DNA of 64,000 nucleotides from Tubulanus polymorphus. Lineage: Eukaryota; Animalia; Nemertea. Position 1 is the stretch's first letter, and every line of letters begins with the position of its first letter. A program made the position numbers and the translations under genes. The notes beneath the pieces were generated by a model, which worked only from the letters and a program-made list of their open reading frames with translations, was not told where the DNA came from and did not search any database. Positions 51,886-62,800 of this stretch are shown here, piece after piece. Location: positions 18,036,950-18,100,949 of the forward strand of contig NC_134029.1 in the NCBI RefSeq assembly GCF_964204645.1. Reading direction: 5' to 3'.

Positions 51886-53165
51886 TTCCAGCCTCACCAA
51901 ACCCAGTCATATCAAACGGTCCTTTTTAGGACCATTTAATTTCCAAGAAAGCTTAAGTCAAAGCTCAGATTTGAGCTTAAAACCCACAACGAATACCCCC
52001 AGAAAAAAGTCCTATATAATAATCGAATGCGGTTAGAAAGATAACAGCGAGGTTTCATTTTCCAATTTTCTATTTCTGAAAAATGTCAAACAATGAAATG
52101 GTTTGGATTCTGTGTCACCCTGCAAAAGCGAAAAAAATCTCTAAAAATCTTCGTAAAAAATCTCTATATAGTTTGTACTATACTCCGGGGTTTTTATCGT
52201 TCATCGTTACGGGCCGTTTTGCAATGATTGGACAGGGGATTTCGAATCAAATATAAAAACCAGTACAGAATACCAATACAGAAACCAGTACCAGAAATAC
52301 GTATAAGCAAAATGATTATAGTTCTTTGAATGCGAAAATTATTCTTTTTTCCTAACATGTTCGAAAGAATTGTGGCTTATTTACAGTCATGTAGTCGCTG
52401 TCAAGAGCATAAAGACGGTACGAACAACTTACGACCATATCATGAACGTATACCAACAGTTTGCACTCCATTTCATACTATCTCCCTAGACTTTAAACAG
52501 ATGGTTAAATTAAAAATGGGATACCAGTATTTGATGGTTGTTTCTTATGCTATAACAAGATACACCGTTTGTGTACCACTTAAAACGGTGGACGCTCCTG
52601 TAATTGCAGAAGCATTAATACAGCGGGTTTTCTGTAGCTTTGGAATCCCGGAAGTCATTGTTCATGACGCTCAGTCAACTCTAATCGGGAAAGTCATGGA
52701 AATAATGTGTAAAGCTCTTGGTATAAGTCAAAATACCATATCTGTCAATAATCATGGCTCTTTGCAGGTTGAGAGACAAATTAGGAGTATTGCCAATTTG
52801 ATAAAAGTAAACTTAGACCAACATGGAGATGATTGGGTACGACATGCTGGTACTGCACAGTACGCCTATAACACTTTCAGCTCATCTCAATTAGGAGGTT
52901 ATTCACCATTTTATCTAGTATTTTGCAGGGAGCCTACTAATATAAGCGGACTTCAATTCCAACCTCTGCTTGGTTACACGAATTCTCAGAAAGAATATAT
53001 TCAACAATTACGCGAAAAATTTCAAAATGTGTCTAACTTTATGCTTGATTTGCAGCGACATTAACAGGTGGCGCAGAATGAGAAAATCTCGCAGAAACTT
53101 TTGAGGGTTCCCATCTATGAGAAAGGACAGCTTATATATCTACATAAACCGAGTAGCTGTTCATG

Positions 53166-53296
53166 CGCGGAGTGCGCTCATTGGCTGGATTTATGGACCA
53201 ATCAAATAGCTCATATTGTTGTATATAAGTGGCTGCATCCTTACAAACTCTGTCAGAAGAACAAGTTGTATTCTAGTGAGAATAAAGGATATTATT
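53166..53296 (+). promoter_or_regulatory. Left terminal repeat: ATTGG and CCAAT boxes, TATATAA, Inr-like TCAG, AATAAA
   Basis: ctcATTGGctgg...aCCAATca...gTATATAAg...tgTCAGaag...gAATAAAgg; three mismatches to the right copy. Confidence 0.7.
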
Positions 53297-53369
53297 GTCG
53301 GGTCATTAGTCGACCAGCCACGCCTTTCATGTTTTTGGACTCCCTGTGGGGATTACCAACGACTAAGCC

Positions 53370-53830
53370 ATGTCTCGACAAGGTTCCAGCACTAGATCAG
53401 ATACTGCGAAGACGACAACATCGGGAGAACGAATGATGGCAGTGACACAAGAAAAACTGTCGCAACTTGTCCAAACGGAAGTTGAAAGAAGACTCCGGGC
53501 TGATGAAGACCTCATTAGTATAGAGCAGCTCTTCAGCGTCTCCAATCACTTTAGAGGCTAAGCTGACCGCTCTGAAGCAATGAGATGTCGCGGAGATTCG
53601 TATATAACTACTTTGGATCGACCGAACTCATCTAACGCCGGAAGAACAGCGAATACTCTCAGAACGAATTCGACTGTTTATTATCGTACTTACTCAATGG
53701 CTGGCCGGTAGCCATCGCGGATAATCGAGAACGTACGATATCGGAAGCCGGAATCACTATTTCGGCTTCAGCACTGCAAGCAGCCGCTCCGAAGCCTAAG
53801 AACACTCGGCGGTTTCAGTCGGTGGACCGT
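53370..53830 (+). pseudogene. ORF1 (gag/core-like helical protein), disrupted
   Basis: MSRQGSS...VERRLRADED, then across frameshifts LQRLQSLLEAKL..*..IRI*LLWIDRTHLTPEEQRILSERIRLF..GWPVA..KPKNTRR. Confidence 0.5.
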
Positions 53831-55597
53831 CGGCTAACTGAGAACGCCTTCGAACTTCTAGGCTTTGATCTCACGGAAGATCCGCCAGTTATTATTCCCG
53901 ACGAAGATTGGTGGGATAACTGGTCAGATGAATGGTTCCCGCACGCTGAACCAGACTTAATCAATTTGATAGACGAGGCAGATCTTCTTCCCGAACCGCT
54001 CGATCTCAACTTAGAGGAATCGTGCCTTGATGACATACCGGATGATTATCTCGGCATTGATTGGAACGATTTAATTCCTCCGAAAAACTTTCCGTTGTTT
54101 GTCCCCAGCTCCTCTTCAGCCACACCTAGCGTTGGCGGAGCTGGGGATGACGATCCTGGACTGCGCGATCCAGATCGTCCGCACGTACCCGGGCCAGAGG
54201 GTGATGCTGGTCCTGACAGTGACCTCTCATCCTCTTCAGGGCCCGAAGATACGTTACAGCGTCTACTTGCGGGAAACATAAATAGGAGGCAAAATTCGTC
54301 AAGAAAACTGACATTCCGCGGATCGTTCCTAGCGCTACTACTAAAGAAAGCATGGTGAACTCAGTTATCAAGACTGGATATATGTTTAAACTCGAAAAGG
54401 GGATGTCGCCCCTGTATCGCGCTACTAGACCAACTCCGATGGTTCGCGATCAAATTCGACATTACGTCTCTACAGGTGTGCTTGAGGGAACAGTGAGCAA
54501 ACCTATTAGATGTCACCGTATGTTTCTTATAGGAAAGCCCACTGGGGCGGCGAGGCCCATTTATGATATGTCGGAAACTACTCAGTTTATTAAAGCACCC
54601 AAGTTTTCTTTGCCTAAAGTTCATCAAGCACTCGATGATAAGGATCGAAACCGTTACTACATGAAGATAGACATTTCCGACGCCTTTTTGCACATTCCCA
54701 TCAACCAATTTTACCGAAAATATCTTGGTATCTATGATGGTAATAAGTATTATCAATTTACTCGTATGCCGTTTGGCCATGCTGCCGGGCCTTACATATC
54801 GCAACGGTTTTATAAAGGTCTTATCGCGTCCTTTACTGCGCTCAGTTTCAAAGTCTATATTGACGATATTTTGTTGTGGGATAATGATCTCTTGCGGTTA
54901 GAAACGGAGACCTAGCGAATTATTCGATTACTTGCGGAAATTAATATTCCGGTTAACATGGATAAATCGGTTATCCACGCTACTAGGCGCATCAAGTATC
55001 TTGGACTGTACGTGGACTCAGAGCGAGGGACCATCACTCTGGGTCAAAAGCGAAAGCGGTTCATTTATCGTGTGCTTGAAAGAGCTTTCAATACGTCTCT
55101 TACGGAGAAACAGCAACAGCGAGTTCGCAGTTATGTTTTATTTGTAGCTCAGGCCTTGCTTTGGCCTCTACTGAAATTGACTACTGATTTCGACACATGT
55201 GTACGATTTGCCCGAATATATCTACTACGTTTCGGAGAACTGCAAATGTATCATGACGATAAACATATTTTAAATACAGACGCGTCGTTATATGATATCG
55301 GATGTTACATGGAAGGGAAATACTACAATGTCCCGATGTCTGCGGAGCATATCTTCATTAACGAGTTTAACGCGGTTGAGTTTTTCGTGCGATACTTTCA
55401 ATACAAAGATTGTCATTTATCATTGTTTGTTGATAACTTAGCAGCTGTGTATGTTCTTATAAGGCGAAATGTACATGTAGAATATTTTAGAAATAGGGTT
55501 TAAGTTTTTAATTTACTGCCGTGAAAGGAATAATTGCCTTCATGTTAAATATGTGGAATCTTGTAAAAATCCTGCCGATGATGCCACTCGTATGTAA
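53822..55597 (+). pseudogene. Pol: acidic N-terminal region + RT + RNase H (frameshifts at ~54354 and ~55500, stop at 54913)
   Basis: AW/VNSVIKTGY, KIDISDAFLHIPI, RMPFGHAAGP, VYIDDILL, VNMDKS..KYLG, NTDAS, HIFINE, VDNL, YVESCKNPADDATRM*. Confidence 0.88.
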
Positions 55598-55618
55598 CCA
55601 TACAAATACTCTTTTTAT

Positions 55619-55753
55619 CGCGGAGTGGGCTCATTGGCTGGATTTATGGACCAATCAAATAGCTCATATTGTTGTATATAAGTGGCTGCATCCTTAAAAA
55701 CTCTGTCAGAAGAATAAGTTGTATTCTAGTGAGAATAAAGGATATTATTATTA
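55619..55753 (+). repeat. Right terminal repeat plus (TTA)n tail
   Basis: Copy of 53166-53296 ending gaataaaggatattattatta. Confidence 0.9.
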
Positions 55754-57218
55754 TTCATTGACCGCCAATGCCAAGAAATTCACTGCTAAATATGTGGGTC
55801 CTTTTATTGTTCATGATGTATTAGATGCCACGCATGTCTTACTTTCAGATTTGAAAGGTCGAATACTAAGAGATGTGTTCCATTTTGATAGGATCAAACC
55901 AGCATTTGTTAGAAGTGTGAATGGTAATAACATAAACAATTTAACTAAATTACGTCAAGCCTTAAATCAAGGCAGCTCAGACGCTTGCAATTTGACTAAA
56001 GACGAACCTTTATTTCAGTTTATGGATGAAAATGGAGATATGCCTCCATCCGGAGAAAAGGAGTTTTAATTTTCCACTACGTGTGAGCTCCCAAGCGATC
56101 TAATATCTGTTGCTTTTCAGAATTCACAAACTAATAATGGTCTAGCATCTATTACTAGGTTGTCACAGGAGAAGCAGTTACAATTATTGGACAGACTATA
56201 GAAAGCTCCGTTTCCTAAGGCTGAATATAAAGTGGAACGGGCCAGATTCAAAACAGGCCAATTACAACTTTTACTCTCTTTACCTCTCAAGGATGAGAAG
56301 TACAGATTCTGGTTCGATACGAGCAGTGATATCAACTGCCCTAATATAGTTGAGAGAATGTTAGAATCTCCATATGTTAGAGTTACAGGTTCACATGGAA
56401 AATTCATGAATCATCTATATATGATGCTAAAAATTAGTTAAACTTGCAGTTTTTTGCAGGCATTAACAAGAGTATATCTCTTAAAAAGAAAGTAAGTGGT
56501 ATGATGAGTATAGGTATATTAACCCTATACCCCCACAAGGACTAGTTTATGTAATTTTATGTATTAAATGATTTAACATGTTTAATGGTGCACACGTGAG
56601 TTTCAGGTTTGACCAGTATTCGGTCTTTCTGAACAAGTTGTGACACTTAGGTTAATTTTCAGAGTTACAAGACTTATTGGTAATAGGTTTTTTATTTTCA
56701 GAGCGTTGAGAATGTGTGTATACGTGCTTATACTGTCCACCCGAACGCAGAAGAGTTCATTACATACAAACTAATTTTAGTATGTAAATTTCCATGCATC
56801 ATTTGTAGTGGTTCTGCAGATTTCATAGGGTTGTGGCAGTTAATGGTCTATCAGTCGTTTCTTTATCTCAATGTAAGAACGCTAGTTTTAGATTTAACTC
56901 AATTCACTCTACACTGGACAAAATAGTTTAAGCTCTGAACGTTTTTTCTGAACGATCTTTTTAACCAGGTTCAATTTGTTTGTAAGAATATGTACAACAT
57001 GTATATGTAAACCATTTCACACCACTGATGGAGTAACTGTATCATTCCAATTGATCGTAAAATTCTAGTTCCAGTGTTTTGAGATGGTATATGTAGGTTA
57101 GGAAATGTTGTTAAGATTACTTAAGTTTTAAGATTAGACAAAATTTTTAAGTGTACTTAAAATATTTTGGATTAGATAAAAATTTTATCACTTAATGGTT
57201 TCAAATTTATTTCTAATG

Positions 57219-57423
57219 AAAACAAAAGGGATGTTATATAGGTAAGGGGTTAAAATAAAGGTGGAGCTCACGTGACCTTAAGTCAATAGACTTTTGAGAA
57301 ATGCTTTGTAAACCCCGGGAGGTGTTATGAGCGCTGTACGAACAAGATGAAAATAAAATACGGATTCGTGATTACAGTTAATTGTCATTCTTTTATTCAT
57401 CCACGAACAAACCGAAGAGGAAC
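57219..57423 (+). mobile_element. Polypurine tract plus truncated Gypsy 3' LTR
   Basis: aaaacaaaaggga|tgttatataggtaagggg, matching 48708 onward. Confidence 0.75.
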
Positions 57424-57425
57424 GC

Positions 57426-57838
57426 AACAGTATGTGTGCCAATGAAAAGTTTAGAGGCTCCTGAAATCGCTGCAGCATTGATTCAGAAAGGTATACCGGA
57501 GAAAACTATACATGATCAGCAATCTTCTCTGATAGGCAAGATCATGACGCTTATTTGTGATACTTTAGGTATCAATCAGAAAGTGATTTCAGTAGACAAT
57601 CACGGATCGTTACAAGTTGAGCGTCGAATTCGTTCAATTAGCGAGTTAATAAAAGCTAACTTGGACTAGTATGGTAGAGACTGGGTGCGATACTGTGCCA
57701 CATCACAGTACGCGTACAATTCTTTTTCATCACCTCAACTTGGAGGGCATTCACCGTTCAACTTTCTTTATTTCGGGGAACCTACAGACATTTCCGGCTT
57801 GAGTTTCAAACCACTGTTAGGTTTGAGTAATACGCAAC
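57426..57838 (+). pseudogene. Second Gypsy integrase fragment (related family)
   Basis: CVPMKSLEAPEIAAALIQ..IHDQQS..NHGSLQVERRI..YAYNSF; parallels 52565-52990. Confidence 0.8.
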
Positions 57839-58050
57839 AACCACTACAACCAAAGACAACAGCCGCGAAATAACTGCAGCAACAACCACAGACAGCAGCC
57901 ACAAGATAACTACTACAACAACCACAGACAGCAGCCGCAATATAACTACCACAACAACCACAGACAACAGCTGAAACACAACAACAACAACCACAGACAG
58001 CAGCCGCAAGATAACTACTACAACAACCACAGACAACAACCACGGGACCA
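57835..58050 (+). repeat. Minisatellite caacaaccacagacagcagccgc...
   Basis: About five degenerate ~30-35-bp units. Confidence 0.8.
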
Positions 58051-58075
58051 ACATCATCTCAACCAAAACCACCGC

Positions 58076-59847
58076 GTGGGTTCCACGTACCAGGGGCGAC
58101 CTGACGGCTCTCTGAAAAACGCTATCCAGTCACACTACCGCGCAATACAAGCCATTCAGCACTATCTGAACGTCAATGAAAAACTACCGCCTGGCCTGGC
58201 CCGTCAACAGCAAAACCTGATACGCAACATCAGACCAGCCAGCATGGCACCAGAAACCATTCAATATATCCGCAATGCAGCCTCCGAATGGGGGAAATCC
58301 ATTCATTCATACTATTCTACGGGAACACCACTTCGCGACCGTCGTGCACGAATTCAATCTACACGAATTCGATTCCCGTGCCAGTGAGATCGCCCTCAAG
58401 TGGGCACGCAAAACCTTCGGAAAACACCTCCGAAACTCTACGCTCGCGTTGTACGACCGCTGCAACGCAATCCCGTGTGACACGCCGTCCGGTGAGGATC
58501 GACTCGCCGGTCTAGTCGTCCCGACCTTGAACGCTGGTCCGCCAGCCACTGGAATGTACGTACAACCACAACCTATGTGGGTAGCGACCCCACCTGTTCA
58601 ACAGACAGCCGCCGTAACCGTACCGACCCCGCCTCCACAACCGAGTGCAACCACCGCGGTTGCGGCAGCACGACCAAGCTCACCACGCGCCACCACACAG
58701 AATTCGCATCTCTCCAACGCAGCTGCCAACCAGCAAACTCCGAAACGGCCGAAGACAAAAAACCGCAACAGCACTCATCACAAACGCCGCAACAAACACT
58801 GGATTTCAGCAATATCAGCGCGAGCCCCGTGATCTCGCCTGCAGTTAACCGTAGCTACGCAGAGGTCGTAGCCACACCCAACTGCTCGTTGGAATCCGCC
58901 GAAAACGACGAGTACACGTCCGGACCAGCAATGCACCAGCCGGTAGCAACCCACCAAAAGACCACACACAAAGTGAAGGATTGGATAATCCCCGAAACCG
59001 AGAAGGAAATCGTCATCCTTGGGGATTCCAACCTCAACCGCATCACATCCAGCCACGACCCAGACGGGGTACAAATCGAATGTTACCCCGGTGCGAAAAT
59101 CAAACATTTGCGTGATTTGTTAGTGAAAAAAACTCCGGACCACGCCCAAACGGACCATGTGATTGTTTCGATTGGAATCAACGACCGTGATAATAGTTTT
59201 GAAAATACGACCAGCGACAACCTAAAAAAACTTCACACACACACGGAAAGTTTACAATCAAGCCAGCGTCCATTTCGTGTGCCTGAACTCAATCCCGAAA
59301 TACCAACCATACGCGGATAAACTGAACAAGATCATACGGGACTATGCGGAACACCACATACCGCCTATCGCCAGCAGTAACTTTGAGGTCAACCCGAATG
59401 ACGGTATTCACTGGACCGAAAACACAGCGAATACACTGCTCAACTACTGGCTGGAAACCTTAAAAAAAACAGCCCTTAAGTAAAATTATCTTTTAAAATT
59501 GAAATTACCCAGAAACCAGACCCTAATCCTATCCCCAGACAGGCTACTATCATTAATCCCGTACTAGATACCTTGAGACCCCACCCTAGACGGACGGCAT
59601 TAGGCACCTCAGTCCTAAACCTCTCCAAAAGGACACAACTCTCCTCTGGCCAGAGACAATTACTTGAAAGAGGTTTATCCTACTGCCCCATACCACCCAG
59701 CGCACCCGACCGAGACGCCAAAGACAGACTTCAGTCCCTTACAGACTTCAACCGACGGGTAATTCTTAACTATCACTTCAAAGACAACACCCCAGGCATA
59801 ACTCCCAAATTCCGCCTGCCCTCAGGTTGGACCCCCGACGAAATAAT
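58076..59847 (+). mobile_element. Penelope-like element A: SGNH-domain ORF1 plus RT N-terminus, disrupted and truncated
   Basis: ALKWARKTFG; ILGDSNL, CYPGA, SIGIND, DGIHW; then VLNLS..LS..Q..LLERGLSYCP (PLE RT N-terminus). Confidence 0.8.
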
Positions 59848-62800
59848 GTCCTACAAACAGTGAGCTGATCCATCAAACTCAAGTTCAAAATCAGTGACAC
59901 CAGCGTCAACTTCCTCAACGTGACCACTTTCAAAGGCCCGCGATTCGAGACAAGTGGTATAATACACACAAAAGTCTACTTCAAACCAGCCAATTCGCAT
60001 AAATTACTACATCGATCTTCGTTTCACCCTAAGCACACATTTTCTGGTATAGTTAAAAGTCAAATTCTCCAGTTCCGGTGCATCTGCAATAATGATTCGG
60101 ACCTACACACAGCGTCCCGAACCGTCCTTAAAGTACTCAGAGGTCGTGGCTACAAAGACCGCGAAGTGCGGCACATCAAAAGCCAAGCTCTACGGCACCA
60201 CGCTGAACGAGATCAACGAGAACAACAACTAGATCATGATTCCTGCACTGACACTGAAGAAGGCAACCTCGCCGAAATGTCTGTCAATGGAGCGATCTAG
60301 GAAGAAACGACCACCAGCTGAGAAGACCAGCAAGGGCGGAGGACGCCCTGAGCGACACCAGCAACCCGGGATGTCGCCGAAAACCTACTACAGAGCTCTT
60401 CAAGTGGCGCACCACCTTGCCCAGTTGAGCTCTGGTCCGAAAGCGATTCGGAGGAAGAAGGACCATCTGAAGATGTTCCAGCGGCCGGCGGCTTGCACCG
60501 AAGCAGTGACGGTGCAGCTGCATGCTGCCGCTGACGTCTGGATGGAGACAGTTTCGAAAGAGCTGACCATTCATTATGCCGGCACATTTGTAGGGCTAAT
60601 CAGTGATCCTCTGCTGGACTGTCTGTCAGCACAGGATGTCGCCCTGACATGGGCCCGGAAGAATTTCGGCTCCCGTTTGAGCCCAGAAACGATCCGGCTA
60701 TTTAATATCGCGCTCGATTTCCGGTCGAAATTCCGCGGTCAGGCTTTGTCTGACAAACTCAGAAATGTCTAATCCACCCTCTTTCCCTTCTCATTTCAGG
60801 TCACACCACCAGGAGGCACCCACGGAGCCGAAGATTCGTCCGCCGCCGAGACCGAGCCGGAAGATTCGACAGCCCGCGACGCCGAGGATGCCTGCACCAA
60901 CCGCAGCTGCGCCCGCCGTGCCCATCGCGCCTCCTTTTTCTAATTCCAGGTCACCGAGAAGCTACGCGGATGTCACCAGGACGCCACCAACCAGAAGGGC
61001 GCCACCACCGAGAAGTCCAATGCCAACGCCACCAAGAAGTCCGACGCCGCCGCCTCGAAACCCGCCGCCGCCGCCGCAGAGAACGCCGACCGCACCAACA
61101 AGCAGTCCGATGCCGTCTCTCTCTTCTTCTCTTTCCAGCTCTCCCTCTCATTACAGGTCACCTGGGCGCCTACTGCCAGCGCGAAGTCCGACGCCAACAC
61201 CGAGACCGATGGCGCCCCAGGAAGTTCGCCGTCATCCTAAGACGAGTAGGAAGAAACAGGATTGGAGTCTGCCACCCATTCTGGTGATTGGTGACTCAAA
61301 CCTGAGTAACATCACATCAAGCCGCCGTCCGGATGACGTCCAGATCGAGAGCTTCCCCGGCTGCAAGATGGCTCATCTCGCCGACCTGATCGATGCTGTA
61401 CCGGATCGCTCGGATACGGTGATCATCAGCGTCGGAATAAACAACCGCGACAACAACTTCGAAGCGACCACCAGGAAGACTACACAGCGCCTGATCAACC
61501 CGCAATCCGAAAGTATCAGCACTCGTTCGTCCACTTCGTTCAACTCAACACGACCCGCGAACACCAGCAGTTCGCCCGGAAGTTCAACGAACTCCTCGAG
61601 AATCACGACGACGTCACCGCGATAGCACCAATCGATGATCGACGCTTCAGAGTTGTTGGAGACGGGATCCACTGGGACCGTGGTACAGCTAACACCCTGC
61701 TGGACCACTGGCTCAGTGGTTTAAACTAAGTATCAGTGAGACCAACGGGTCCACTATTGGTGAGTTAAATCAACCGGAATTAACCAATGCTTCTCGATTT
61801 CTTCCGTTTCCAGGTCCGACGAACACGAAGAACCGGCACCAAACCAAGCGCGACGCGATCCGGTCACCGCTCTCGGGAGCCCGGTGGTCAACCTCACACG
61901 TTCACTCCGCCTAAGTCCGGCGCAACATCAGCTACTCCGAAAGGGCCTCACTTATTGCCCGACTCCAAAAATCGGTTCTGATGCCGCCGCGACCGAGCGC
62001 ACCAAGGGAGTGTGCCGATTCAACCGGCTAGTAAAACTCGACCATCACTTCCGAGACAAACCAGACTGCGAGGCTCCGCGTTTCCGTCTGCCCAGCAGTT
62101 GGGCTCCGGATGAAATAGAACCAGTAATCGCCGAGTTCTGCAACGACGCGCACGAATTGGCTCAACAAACCAGGGATACGCGTCGCGCAAATGATAACCT
62201 GACTAAACAGGAACGCGAAGCCCTCCAGCAGCTGCGTGACAACACTAATATTGTCATCAAAGCCGCCGATAAGGGTTCCGCCACGGTTATCATGGACCGC
62301 GACGACTACGTCCACGAAGCCATGCGCCAACTAGCCGATCTCGAGTATTATCAGCCGCTGCAGCAACCGATCTTCGAACAGACCGGGGAAGAAATCCGCG
62401 AAATCATCGAAAATATGGCTCGACGAAAAATCATCCCGCTAAAAACCGCCGAATATCTATTACCGCCCGATAATCCGAAACAGAGGCAGTTCTATCTGCT
62501 TCCCAAAATCCATAATGAACGCGAGAAGTGGACGGTACCCGATCGCGTACCGCCGGGGAGACCGATAGTCTCCGACTGCGGCTCCGAAACCTACGAAATT
62601 TCGGAATGGATCGACTACTATTTGCAGCCGATCGCCCGGAGTTACCCGTCGTACGTCAAAGATACCAACCACTTTCTAGATATTTTGGCCGGTAAACAAT
62701 TTAGCGCCGATGCGTTACTCGTCACCATGGACATCCATTCGCTCTACACCAACATCCCCCACGAAGAGGGTATCGCCAGCATCCGACAAGCTCTCCGAGA

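Larger units (their letters stand above)
53165..55753 (+). mobile_element. Integrase-less retroelement with DIRS/hepadnavirus-like RT-RNase H and 131-bp direct terminal repeats
   Basis: TSD TTCAT (53160-53164 / 55754-55758); removing the element restores the Gypsy frame KPSSCSLTANAKK; repeats 53166-53296 and 55619-55749. Confidence 0.85.
52330..56441 (+). pseudogene. Gypsy integrase region, split by the insertion at 53165-55753
   Basis: CSRC zinc knuckle, ISLDF, IVHDA, QVERQ, AYNT...SPF; resumes after the insertion as SLTANAKKFTAKYVGPF (GPY/F motif). Confidence 0.88.

Noticed and set aside
53499-53530. CTGATGA in the novel element as a hammerhead
   Set aside because: No stem II plus GAAA follows, and it lies within ORF1 coding sequence.
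48708-57423. One intact Gypsy provirus between the two LTR copies
   Set aside because: No PBS after 49755, gag/RT are absent, the 3' LTR is truncated and no TSD can be tested; only fragments are supported.
57768-58072. Poly-Val and Cys-rich minus-strand ORFs
   Set aside because: They are translations of a CAA-rich minisatellite.
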